Below the pieces are notes generated by a model. That model was given only the letters and a program-made list of their open reading frames with translations. It was not told the origin of the DNA and ran no database searches. A program made the position numbers and the translations under genes. Shown here in pieces: positions 36,824-45,142 of a stretch of DNA of 64,000 nucleotides (positions are counted from its first letter, which is position 1; each line of letters opens with the position of its first letter). Origin of the DNA: Christensenellales bacterium (GTDB lineage Bacteria; Bacillota; Clostridia; Christensenellales; JBMNTQ01); NCBI GenBank assembly GCA_050945835.1, contig JBMNTR010000010.1, positions 24,805 to 88,804 of the forward strand. Direction: 5' to 3'.

Positions 36824-37065
36824 TGTATGTGATCGACCGTATAGACGGACAAACGGCATTTATGGAAGACCTTCAAACACAGCAGATTTTGGAAGTATCC
36901 GTCCAATATCTGCCGGCAGATGCCAAAGAAGGCGATGCCCTTCAAGCGAAAGATGGAGAATGGATCATAAACAGCGAAGAGACGGCGCGCAGGCAGGCGC
37001 GCATATCTCAAAAGATGGCGCAGCTTAAAAGCCGCAGCCGACGAAACCAAAGGGAACACAGATGA
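36820..37065 (+). CDS. DUF3006-like small protein
   Basis: MMYVIDRIDGQTAFMEDLQTQQILEVSVQYLPADAKEGDAL matches my recollection of DUF3006. The ATG overlaps the upstream stop (TTATGATG), with GGGAGG 6 nt upstream. Confidence 0.6.
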   Translation: MMYVIDRIDGQTAFMEDLQTQQILEVSVQYLPADAKEGDALQAKDGEWIINSEETARRQARISQKMAQLKSRSRRNQREHR

Positions 37066-37586
37066 AAGAAACCAAACAGAAAATATACGGCCGGCTAAAC
37101 GCTTGGGGCATTGAGTATCATCGTTATGATCATGTGCCTGCCCATACCATGGCGGATTGCGGGCGCATCAACCGTATGCAGGGCATAAAGGCCTCGCATT
37201 GCAAGAATCTGTTTTTGTGCAACAGGGCGCAGACGCAGTTCTATTTGCTGTTGCTAAGAGGCGATAAGAAATTCAAAACCGCCGAAGTGTCCAAGCAGAT
37301 CCATCAATCGCGGCTGAGTTTTGCCAAAGAGGATGCGCTGTTGCGATACTTGGGCTGTACGCCCGGCGCCATCAGCCCATTGGGGCTGATGTTTGATGGG
37401 GACGGTGCGGTCAACGTGCTCATCGACGAGGATGTGCTGCGAGAACAGCAAGTTTGCTTTCATCCTTGCGACAACACCGCTTCCGTCGTCATGAGTCAAG
37501 AGGGGCTGTTTGGCTGGCTGCGGCAAACGGGGCATGGCTATACACCCATCATCGCGCGTCAAAAGGAAGATATGCAGGCGGTATAA
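37062..37586 (+). CDS. YbaK/ProX-type prolyl-tRNA synthetase-associated (aminoacyl-tRNA deacylase) domain protein
   Basis: 174 aa. YGRLNAWGIEYHRYDHVPAHTMADC, HCKNLFLCN and GAISPLGL motifs are typical of the family. Confidence 0.7.
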   Translation: MKETKQKIYGRLNAWGIEYHRYDHVPAHTMADCGRINRMQGIKASHCKNLFLCNRAQTQFYLLLLRGDKKFKTAEVSKQIHQSRLSFAKEDALLRYLGCTPGAISPLGLMFDGDGAVNVLIDEDVLREQQVCFHPCDNTASVVMSQEGLFGWLRQTGHGYTPIIARQKEDMQAV

Positions 37587-37605
37587 CGCCGGCAATGGAA
37601 ATAGA

Positions 37606-39519
37606 ATGATTGTATTGAGTGCACAAAACCTAGAAAAACATTATGGCGAGAGAAGCCTGCTTTGCGATGTGTCCTTCGAATTAAAGGCGGGGGAAAAGGC
37701 GGCGTTGGTCGGCGTGAACGGCTGCGGCAAGACGACGCTGTTCCGGCTGATCACCCAAGAGCAGAAGCATGACGCGGGTGCTGTGCATATTCAAAAAGGC
37801 ATAAAGCTGGGCTATATGGAGCAGCACGCCGTTAAAGACACCGAACGCAGCCTGTATGAGGAGGTCTTGAGCGTTTTCAAGCCTTTACAGGATATTGAAA
37901 AGGAACTCGAGGCGATCCATGCCGGCATCCAAAAGGGCGAACGGGTGGATGCGCTCGTAAAAAGACAGCATTTTTTAAACGAAGCGTATGAACACGGCGG
38001 GGGATACACCTATAAGAACCGTACGCGCACATCGCTTTTGGGGCTTGGATTTGACGAGGAACAACTCGCATTGCCCACAGGCGTATTGAGCGGCGGCCAG
38101 CGATCAAAAGCGGCGCTCTGCAAGATGCTGCTCTCAAAAGCGGATGTGCTGCTGCTGGATGAACCCACCAACCATCTGGATTTAGAGGCCGTGCAATGGC
38201 TGGAAGAATTCTTGCTTGGCTACCGCGGCGCTTATATCGTCATTTCGCATGACCGCTATTTTCTCGACAAAGTGACACAGAAAACGTTTGAATTACAAAA
38301 CGGCCGGCTGACATCTTTTTCGGGGAACTATTCAACGTATGCACAAAAGAAGGAGACTGCGCAGGATATTGAATGGCGGCACTACCGAAACAGGGAAAAG
38401 GAGATCAGGCGTTTAAAGGGGATCATCGCGCAGCAGAAACGCTGGAACCGTGAGCGCAACATCAAGGCCGCCGAAAGCAAGCAAAAAGTGTTGGACAAGC
38501 TGAACCAGGCGCATATAAAGCCTGAAAAGGATCCCGCCGCCATCCGTTTTCATTTTCAGGCGCCGCCGCAAAGCGGAAACGATGTGCTCTTTGCAAAAGG
38601 GCTGTGCAAAGCGTTCGAAGGGAAACCGCTTTTTCGCGACATATCGTTTGAAATCAAGCGGCAGGAACGCGTGTTTCTGCTCGGAGCCAACGGCTGCGGA
38701 AAGACGACGCTGCTGCGTATGCTGATGGGCGAGCTGCCCGCAGCCGCAGGAGAGCACACGCTCGGCGCCGGAGTCAAGACGGCCTATTACGAGCAATCAC
38801 AAAGAAACCTAAACGGGCACAACACGGTGCTCGACGAGGCGTGGAACGCCAGACCCGCTGCGGATCAAACCGAAATCCGAAACGCGCTGGCTGCTTTTTT
38901 GTTTCGGGGTGATGATGTTTTTAAAAGGATCAGCACATTGTCCGGCGGCGAACGCGCACGGCTTTCCCTGCTGAAACTGATGATGAATCCTGTGAACTTC
39001 CTGCTGCTGGATGAGCCTACGAACCACTTAGACATCCATTCGCTGGAGGTGCTCGAGCGGGCGCTGGAGGAATACGAAGGAACGATGCTCATCGTCTCAC
39101 ACGATCGCTATCTGATCAATCGCTTAGCGGACAGAGTGCTGCATATGAGCGAAGGGGGTATTCGTGAATACATCGGCGGATACGACGACTACCTCGCCGC
39201 CATGCAGGAAGACGCGGCGAGGCGGGTATTGCTGCCCAAAGAAAAGAATGTGCGCCAGAATGAATATTTCCTGAAAAAAGAACGGCAGCAGCGCGAAAAC
39301 AGCATTAAAAAACTGGAACGGGAAATCGCCCTTTTGGAGCAGGAATGCACCAACCTACAACAAAAAATCAACGATGCACAATCGGAATATGAGCAGCTGA
39401 TGGAATTAACAGCGCATATGGAGCGAACGCAGCAGCAGCTGAAACAGCTCTATACACGCTGGGAATCGGCGCAATTGGAGCTGGAGGATTTTTGCGAAGC
39501 ACATCAAGCCGACAGATGA
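37606..39519 (+). CDS. ABC-F family ATPase (two ABC domains, C-terminal coiled coil; Uup/YdiF-like)
   Basis: Two Walker A motifs (GVNGCGKTT, GANGCGKTT) and two signatures (LSGGQRSK, LSGGERAR). No TM domain. The ATG at 37606 (MIVLSAQNLEKHYG) is preferred over the track start at 37510. Confidence 0.85.
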   Translation: MIVLSAQNLEKHYGERSLLCDVSFELKAGEKAALVGVNGCGKTTLFRLITQEQKHDAGAVHIQKGIKLGYMEQHAVKDTERSLYEEVLSVFKPLQDIEKELEAIHAGIQKGERVDALVKRQHFLNEAYEHGGGYTYKNRTRTSLLGLGFDEEQLALPTGVLSGGQRSKAALCKMLLSKADVLLLDEPTNHLDLEAVQWLEEFLLGYRGAYIVISHDRYFLDKVTQKTFELQNGRLTSFSGNYSTYAQKKETAQDIEWRHYRNREKEIRRLKGIIAQQKRWNRERNIKAAESKQKVLDKLNQAHIKPEKDPAAIRFHFQAPPQSGNDVLFAKGLCKAFEGKPLFRDISFEIKRQERVFLLGANGCGKTTLLRMLMGELPAAAGEHTLGAGVKTAYYEQSQRNLNGHNTVLDEAWNARPAADQTEIRNALAAFLFRGDDVFKRISTLSGGERARLSLLKLMMNPVNFLLLDEPTNHLDIHSLEVLERALEEYEGTMLIVSHDRYLINRLADRVLHMSEGGIREYIGGYDDYLAAMQEDAARRVLLPKEKNVRQNEYFLKKERQQRENSIKKLEREIALLEQECTNLQQKINDAQSEYEQLMELTAHMERTQQQLKQLYTRWESAQLELEDFCEAHQADR

Positions 39520-39544
39520 ACGGTCGGTATGAAAGGAGCCGAAA

Positions 39545-40270
39545 ATGGCAGCGAAAAGATTAAAAGAAATGATCACAAACTGTGATTCCATCGTGTTTTT
39601 GGGCGGGGCCGGCGTGTCCACAGAAAGCGGGATTCCGGATTTTCGCAGCGCAAAAGGGATATTCAACGCGAAAAGTGCGTATCGATACCCACCTGAAACC
39701 ATGCTGAGCAACCAGTTCTTCGTTTCGCATCCCGAGATTTTCTTCGATTATTACCGCAGCCAGCTGCTCTATCCGCACGCCGAGCCGAACGATGCACACA
39801 AAGCGCTCGCGGAACTGGAACGGCGCGGCCAACTGAAAGCGATCGTTACGCAGAATATAGACGGACTGCACCAAAAGGCCGGGAGCAAGAACGTATTAGA
39901 GCTGCACGGCACGGTGCTTTCAAACACATGCCGACAATGCGGCGCGCACTACGGGCTCTCTTTCATACTCCAAAGTGAAGGTGTGCCCTCCTGCACAGTG
40001 TGTAAAGGCGTTGTCAAGCCCGATGTGGTGCTTTACGGCGAATCGCTGGACGAGGGCGTGATCACACAAACCATCGCCGCGATCGAACAAGCGGACATGC
40101 TCATCGTGGGGGGGACATCGCTGAACGTGTACCCTGCCGCCGGGTTTGTGCGTTTCTTTAAAGGGAAATACACTGTCATCATCAATAAAAGCGCAACATC
40201 CTACGATGAAACGGCCGATCTGCTGATCCATGAAAGCATCGCGAAAGTGCTGCGCGAGGCTGTATTCTAA
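39545..40270 (+). CDS. cobB: NAD-dependent protein deacylase (Sir2/CobB)
   Basis: GAGVSTESGIPDFRS, TQNIDGLH and a Zn ribbon (CRQCG...CTVCKG). 241 aa. Confidence 0.85.
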   Translation: MAAKRLKEMITNCDSIVFLGGAGVSTESGIPDFRSAKGIFNAKSAYRYPPETMLSNQFFVSHPEIFFDYYRSQLLYPHAEPNDAHKALAELERRGQLKAIVTQNIDGLHQKAGSKNVLELHGTVLSNTCRQCGAHYGLSFILQSEGVPSCTVCKGVVKPDVVLYGESLDEGVITQTIAAIEQADMLIVGGTSLNVYPAAGFVRFFKGKYTVIINKSATSYDETADLLIHESIAKVLREAVF

Positions 40271-40366
40271 CACATAGGCCGCCAAGCATATGTGGTGCAA
40301 TTGCGCATGCAAGGCTGTATGTGTATAATACTGATAAACAAACATTCAAACAAGGCGGAAGGACAT

Positions 40367-41191
40367 ATGATCATCGATTTTCACGCGCATGCTTTTCCGG
40401 ATGCGCTGGCCAATAGAGCGATTTCATCCTTGCAATATGCGGCAGGCGGCATGGAACCTATGTGTGACGGCACCATTCAAGGGCTTTTGCATGCCATGGA
40501 CCATCACGGGGTGGATCAGTCTGTGGTGCTCAACATCGCCACCAATTCCAAACAACAGCAAAGCATATTGGACTTCTGCATACTGTCTGCATCCGACAGG
40601 ATCGTTCCGTTCACATCGGTGCATCCATTTTCAGAAGATGCACCTTTGATGCTGCAAAAGGCGGCGGACGCAGGCATCAAGGGCCTCAAGCTGCACCCGG
40701 ATTACCAGCAGTTTGATGCGGACGACGAAAGAGCCTATGCGGTCTATGAAACAATCGCACAGCTCGGGTTCACCACCGTTTTTCACGCGGGGCTGGACAT
40801 CGGCCTGAGCGATCCTTCGCGCTGTACGCCCGCAAAACTCGCAAAAATATTGCCGCTGTTCGGCCATGCGCCGGTGGTGGCTGCGCATATGGGCGGCTAT
40901 ATGGAATGGTATGAAGTGGAAGAGCACCTGGTGGGCCGAGATGTTTATTTTGACATCTCCTTTTGCGCCGGTACCATGCCTATGAGCATTGCCAGACGGA
41001 TTGTGAAAACCCATGGCACGCAGCGTATTCTCTTTGGCACGGACATGCCTTGGCACAGCCCTGACCAGGAGCTGCGCATGGTGCAAAGTTTAGATCTAAC
41101 CGACGAACAGATCCAACAGATTTTGAATAAAAATGCCCGGCATATATTGGGCAAAGGCCGGAATTCAAACGAAGCAGGAGATGTGCAATGA
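40367..41191 (+). CDS. amidohydrolase-family metal-dependent hydrolase (TIM barrel)
   Basis: MIIDFHAHAFPD start (HxH motif), with SD GGAAGG. Later LHPDYQQF and C-terminal FGTDMPW. The track start at 40292 is an unlikely extension. Confidence 0.65.
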   Translation: MIIDFHAHAFPDALANRAISSLQYAAGGMEPMCDGTIQGLLHAMDHHGVDQSVVLNIATNSKQQQSILDFCILSASDRIVPFTSVHPFSEDAPLMLQKAADAGIKGLKLHPDYQQFDADDERAYAVYETIAQLGFTTVFHAGLDIGLSDPSRCTPAKLAKILPLFGHAPVVAAHMGGYMEWYEVEEHLVGRDVYFDISFCAGTMPMSIARRIVKTHGTQRILFGTDMPWHSPDQELRMVQSLDLTDEQIQQILNKNARHILGKGRNSNEAGDVQ

Positions 41192-41874
41192 GTAAGAAAA
41201 AGAGAATTCGGATCGGAAATGTGGAGCCGTTAGGTTTTTTTGCGCTGGGGCTGTCTTTCGTGCTGCTGGGCTTGCATCTAGCGGACGCCGCGGAAATGGG
41301 CGTGGTGCTCGCGGTCGTATTCTTGTTTTTTTCGGTGACGGCGCTGATGCTGGCGGGCATTTTCAGCTTGATCTGCAACAGCACCTACCGCGCCACCGTG
41401 TTCATCATCTACGGGCTTTTCTTCCTGCTGCACTCGGTGCTCTATCTCTATCCGGCACAGGCGGGAGAAAGCCTATACACGACCAATTCAGACGGCATCG
41501 GGATCTTGTTCCTGCTGTTTTTTGTGATCACTGCGATATTCGCAGTCTGTGTGCTTCGGCACTCCTATGCGTATATCGTGACCTTTGCCGCTTGTGCCGT
41601 TACGCTGCTGCTCTATGGCATGGGCATGCTTGTGCATGCACATGGCGTGGTGTTGAGCGGCGGGATTACAGGCATGATAGCCGGCGTAAGCGCTGTGTAT
41701 TGTGGCGCTGCCTCTTTGCTGAACAACCGTTTTAAAAGGACAATACTGCCCCTGTTCAAAAGGTCGGGCAACAAACGAAAAAAAGCGATCAGGAAGCTGA
41801 TGAAGATGGAGAAAAAGCAACTAAAGGCCGAGATTAAATTAAAACCACAGCACAAGGAGGTATCTCATGATTAA
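41188..41874 (+). CDS. integral membrane protein, possibly GPR1/FUN34/YaaH (acetate-channel-like) family, with Lys-rich tail
   Basis: About six hydrophobic segments. The N-terminal GNVEPLGFFALGLSFVLLGL loosely resembles the NPAPLGL signature. It overlaps both neighbours (ATGA at 41188; 8 nt at 41867). Confidence 0.45.
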   Translation: MSKKKRIRIGNVEPLGFFALGLSFVLLGLHLADAAEMGVVLAVVFLFFSVTALMLAGIFSLICNSTYRATVFIIYGLFFLLHSVLYLYPAQAGESLYTTNSDGIGILFLLFFVITAIFAVCVLRHSYAYIVTFAACAVTLLLYGMGMLVHAHGVVLSGGITGMIAGVSAVYCGAASLLNNRFKRTILPLFKRSGNKRKKAIRKLMKMEKKQLKAEIKLKPQHKEVSHD

Positions 41875-43057
41875 CTTTGATTTCTGTAGCCCAACGCGCA
41901 TCGTGTTTGGGAAAGACACCATTGACCAGACCGGCAAGCTCGCCAAGGAATACGGCGCAACCAAGGTGCTGCTGCATTACGGCGGACAAAGCGCCGCTCG
42001 ATACGGGATTTTGCAGCGCGTTCAGGATGCGCTGACAAAAGAGGGTATCGCTTATGTCGAATTGGGCGGCGTGCAGCCGAATCCGCGTATGAAGCTTGCT
42101 TATGAGGGGATTGAAATATGCAAGAAGGAAAACGTGGATATGGTATTGGCGCTCGGCGGCGGCAGCGTGATTGATTCCGCGAAGTGTATCGGCGCGGGCG
42201 CTGTGTATGACGGCGATGTGTGGAACTTCTACGGCAGCCAGGCGACGGATGTCCCCAAGGCGACCCTGCCGGTGGCCACCGTGCTCACCATACCCGCTGC
42301 GGGCAGCGAGATGAGCAAGAGCAGCGTGATGACAAAAGAACCCGATTTGAAGCGGAGTATGAATGTCAACATACTGCGCCCTGTGTTCTCTGTGCTGGAC
42401 CCCTGCACGACATTTACGCTGCCGCCGTATCAGACGTCCTGCGGCGTGGTGGATATCATGGCGCACGTCATGGAACGCTATTTCACTTTGGACGACGGCT
42501 GCGATTTTACGGACAGGATGTGTGAAGCAGCACTGCTCACAGCCATACGCAATGCGTATATCGTGCTCAAGGATCCTACCGATTACGATGCACGCGCCAA
42601 CATCATGTGGCTGGGCAGCATCGCACACAACGATCTTCTAAGCACAGGGCGCACACCGGATTTTGCGACGCACCAGATCGGCATGGAACTGTCTGCTGAG
42701 TATGATGTGGCGCACGGGGCGACGTTGTCCGCCATTTTCCCGCATTGGATGCGCTATGTCTCACACCATAAGCCGCAGATATTCATCAAGTTCGCGACCC
42801 GCGTATTCGGCGTTGAATATGATTATGAAAAACCGGAGCGCGCAGTGGAATTGGGCATACAGGCGCTCGTCGATTTCTATCGTTCCATCGATATGCCGGT
42901 ATGCTTAAGCGATCTGAAGGAGATGGAGGATACCAGCGACGAAATGCTGCGCAAGCTGTCCAAACGCTGCAATACGCACCACGCGGACGGCACTGTGGGG
43001 AACTTCGCACGGCTTACAAAAGAAGACGTGTTTAAAATTTACCAGACAGCGCGCTAA
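41867..43057 (+). CDS. iron-containing alcohol dehydrogenase (butanol dehydrogenase/YqhD-like)
   Basis: 396 aa with GGGSVIDSAK and the His-rich metal site region (HQIGMELSAEYDVAHGATL). SD AAGGAGG. Confidence 0.85.
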   Translation: MINFDFCSPTRIVFGKDTIDQTGKLAKEYGATKVLLHYGGQSAARYGILQRVQDALTKEGIAYVELGGVQPNPRMKLAYEGIEICKKENVDMVLALGGGSVIDSAKCIGAGAVYDGDVWNFYGSQATDVPKATLPVATVLTIPAAGSEMSKSSVMTKEPDLKRSMNVNILRPVFSVLDPCTTFTLPPYQTSCGVVDIMAHVMERYFTLDDGCDFTDRMCEAALLTAIRNAYIVLKDPTDYDARANIMWLGSIAHNDLLSTGRTPDFATHQIGMELSAEYDVAHGATLSAIFPHWMRYVSHHKPQIFIKFATRVFGVEYDYEKPERAVELGIQALVDFYRSIDMPVCLSDLKEMEDTSDEMLRKLSKRCNTHHADGTVGNFARLTKEDVFKIYQTAR

Positions 43058-43075
43058 GTGCGATGCAAAAACCTC

Positions 43076-43110
43076 AACAGCCGCAAAAGGAGTATCCTTT
43101 TGCGGCTGTT
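43076..43110. terminator. bidirectional terminator between the convergent adh and rbr genes
   Basis: AACAGCCGCAAAAGGA/TCCTTTTGCGGCTGTT 16-bp stem with a 3-nt loop. T tracts follow on both strands. Confidence 0.7.
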
Positions 43111-43141
43111 TTATTAAACGGCTTGTTAACAGTATCCTCGT

Positions 43142-43729
43142 CTATTTCATATCAATGTCCGGAATGACGAAGCCCTGCGGATGCTTGCATAGAGGGCAGA
43201 TGCTCCAGGCTTCCGTGCTCTCATGCACATATGCGCAGTTGTAGCATTTCCACTGGGTGGGCGTGGCTTTTCTATAAAGACTGCCGTCGGATAACTGTGT
43301 GGCGAGATCACAGAAAACTCTCTGATGGAGCCCTTCTACGGCCGCAATCATCTGGAAAGAGGATGCGATGGCCGCAAATCCTTCCTCCTGGGCAACCTTT
43401 GCGTAATCGGGATAGATGCTCGTATGTTCTTCCATCTCCGCCTGCTCGGAAAAGCGCATGTTCGCGTCCGTGGCCCCGATGACAAAAGGATAGCCTGCGT
43501 TCACAAGGAGGTTGTGGGCGTCATATGAAAGCCCGCTTTGGATGTGATCAAAAAATAATTTGGAGTGTGCCAGCTCGTTATCCGCGATTTCTTTGATCAT
43601 GTTGCCGACATAGAAATAACCATCGTTCTGCGCCATTTCCGCATAGAATTTGTACCGGTTGTGTGCCTGGCATTCGCCGGCGAATGAATTGACAAGATTC
43701 TGCAATGTTTTAGAACCGTTCAGATCCAT
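43142..43729 (-). CDS. rbr: rubrerythrin
   Basis: MDLNGSKTLQNLVNSFAGECQAHNRYKFYA (ferritin-like diiron domain) plus a C-terminal rubredoxin-like CYNCAYVH...CPLCKHP. The ATG at 43729 has GAGGTG upstream. The track start at 43831 adds an implausible 34 aa. Confidence 0.85.
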   Translation of the reverse strand: MDLNGSKTLQNLVNSFAGECQAHNRYKFYAEMAQNDGYFYVGNMIKEIADNELAHSKLFFDHIQSGLSYDAHNLLVNAGYPFVIGATDANMRFSEQAEMEEHTSIYPDYAKVAQEEGFAAIASSFQMIAAVEGLHQRVFCDLATQLSDGSLYRKATPTQWKCYNCAYVHESTEAWSICPLCKHPQGFVIPDIDMK

Positions 43730-43914
43730 AAAGAACACCTCATTTCGTTTTTTATTTTTTCTAGTATTTCCCAACAAACCGCGCAATATGCAGAAAATGC
43801 GCACCATCGCCTGTCTCGGACCGGAGGCCATAAATTAGGACTACTCTTTTTTTGCGGATGCTGATATAATGGATATCGGACAACTCTGGAATCGACGAGG
43901 AGGCTAAAGAGGTA

Positions 43915-44379
43915 ATGATTGCGATTGGATCGGACCATGGGGGCTTTGGACTAAAACAGGAAATCATGAAATACCTTGAAGAAGAAGAGATTGCGTTTAA
44001 GGATTTCGGGTGTTACGAGATGTTGCGCTGCGATTATCCCGATGTGGCCGAGGCGGTTGCGTTGAGTGTTGTGAACGGCGAATCCGACAAAGGGATTGTG
44101 ATTTGCGGAACGGGCGTGGCGGTGAGCATGGTGGCGAATAAAATTCCGGGGATACGCTGCGCATTATGCGGCGATGTTTATTCGGCACAGTTTTCAAGAT
44201 ACCATAATGACGCGAATATGCTTGCACTGGGCGGCAGGGTGCTGGGCGGCGGTGTGGCCATTGAAATTCTGGATGCTTGGCTGAACGCGAAGTTTGACGG
44301 CGGCCGGCATCAGGACAGAATCAACAAAATCTATGCCATTGAGCGCAAATATGCGCCGGTCAACAGGGATGAAAGCTGA
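43915..44379 (+). CDS. rpiB: ribose-5-phosphate isomerase B
   Basis: [17 protein letters not shown] start and [13 protein letters not shown] motif. 154 aa. Confidence 0.85.
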   Translation: MIAIGSDHGGFGLKQEIMKYLEEEEIAFKDFGCYEMLRCDYPDVAEAVALSVVNGESDKGIVICGTGVAVSMVANKIPGIRCALCGDVYSAQFSRYHNDANMLALGGRVLGGGVAIEILDAWLNAKFDGGRHQDRINKIYAIERKYAPVNRDES

Positions 44380-45008
44380 TGGGCCGTTTGTGCGTAGTGG
44401 ATCACCCATTGGTGCAGCACAAACTCGCCCTACTGAGGGACCTGAACACAACGCCTAAGGATTTTAGGCAGCTTGTTCAGGAAATCTCTTTGCTGATGGC
44501 ATATGAAGTGACAAAAGAACTGCCCTTGCAGGAAGTAAAGATACAGACACCGCTGGTCTGCATGAAGGCCAAAATGCTGGCCGGGAAAAAGCTGGGCATC
44601 GTGCCTGTTTTGCGTGCGGGTCTGGGCATGGCGGAAGGCGTGCTTCAGTTGGTGCCCGCAGCCAAAGTAGGGCATATAGGTTTGTATCGTGATCCGGTGA
44701 CATTGGCGCCTGTGGAATACTATTGCAAGCTGCCGCAGGATGTGCAGGAAAGGCTGCTCATCGTTTTAGATCCCATGCTGGCTACCGGCGGCTCTGCTTG
44801 CGCGGCGGTCGATCTGCTGAAATCCAAGGGTGCGCGTGCGATCAAGCTGGTGAGCATCGTGGCGGCGCCGGAAGGGGTGCATGCTGTGCGGACACATCAT
44901 CCGGATGTCGATGTGTTTGTGGCGGCTGTAGACGAATGCCTGAACGACCAAGGGTATATCGTGCCCGGACTGGGGGATGCGGGGGATCGGCTGTTTGGAA
45001 CGAAGTAA
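44379..45008 (+). CDS. upp: uracil phosphoribosyltransferase
   Basis: [35 protein letters not shown] and [16 protein letters not shown] motifs. Confidence 0.9.
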   Translation: MGRLCVVDHPLVQHKLALLRDLNTTPKDFRQLVQEISLLMAYEVTKELPLQEVKIQTPLVCMKAKMLAGKKLGIVPVLRAGLGMAEGVLQLVPAAKVGHIGLYRDPVTLAPVEYYCKLPQDVQERLLIVLDPMLATGGSACAAVDLLKSKGARAIKLVSIVAAPEGVHAVRTHHPDVDVFVAAVDECLNDQGYIVPGLGDAGDRLFGTK

Positions 45009-45078
45009 TCACAATGCGGGGCTTTCTGTGTAAGCCGGCGGGTGGCACTGTGCAGCAAGCGATCCTATTCAAACGACA

Positions 45079-45107
45079 AAAAAGCGGCGAGATTTTCGCC
45101 GCTTTTT
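45079..45107. terminator. bidirectional terminator between convergent upp and the acyl-CoA synthetase gene
   Basis: AAAAAGCGGCGA/TCGCCGCTTTTT 12-bp stem with a 5-nt loop. A/T runs are built into both arms. Confidence 0.7.
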
Positions 45108-45142
45108 GCATCGATGAATTACAGCTCTGGGGAGATATCCGT

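Noticed and set aside
37606-39519. ABC-F protein as an antibiotic-resistance (ARE) determinant
   Set aside because: Only 19 nt separate it from the upstream gene, so there is no leader peptide or attenuator region of the kind that controls ARE ABC-F genes. Its length and C-terminal coiled coil look like housekeeping Uup/YdiF-type factors. I cannot exclude ARE function without a phylogeny.
39545-40270. Sir2-domain gene as a possible anti-phage defence (SIR2-type NADase) component
   Set aside because: It is a short CobB-type sirtuin with the canonical GAGVSTESGIPDFR motif and a four-Cys Zn ribbon. No partner effector or sensor genes (HerA, Ago, TIR, STAND) are present, and it sits among housekeeping genes. 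I interpret it as an ordinary protein deacylase.
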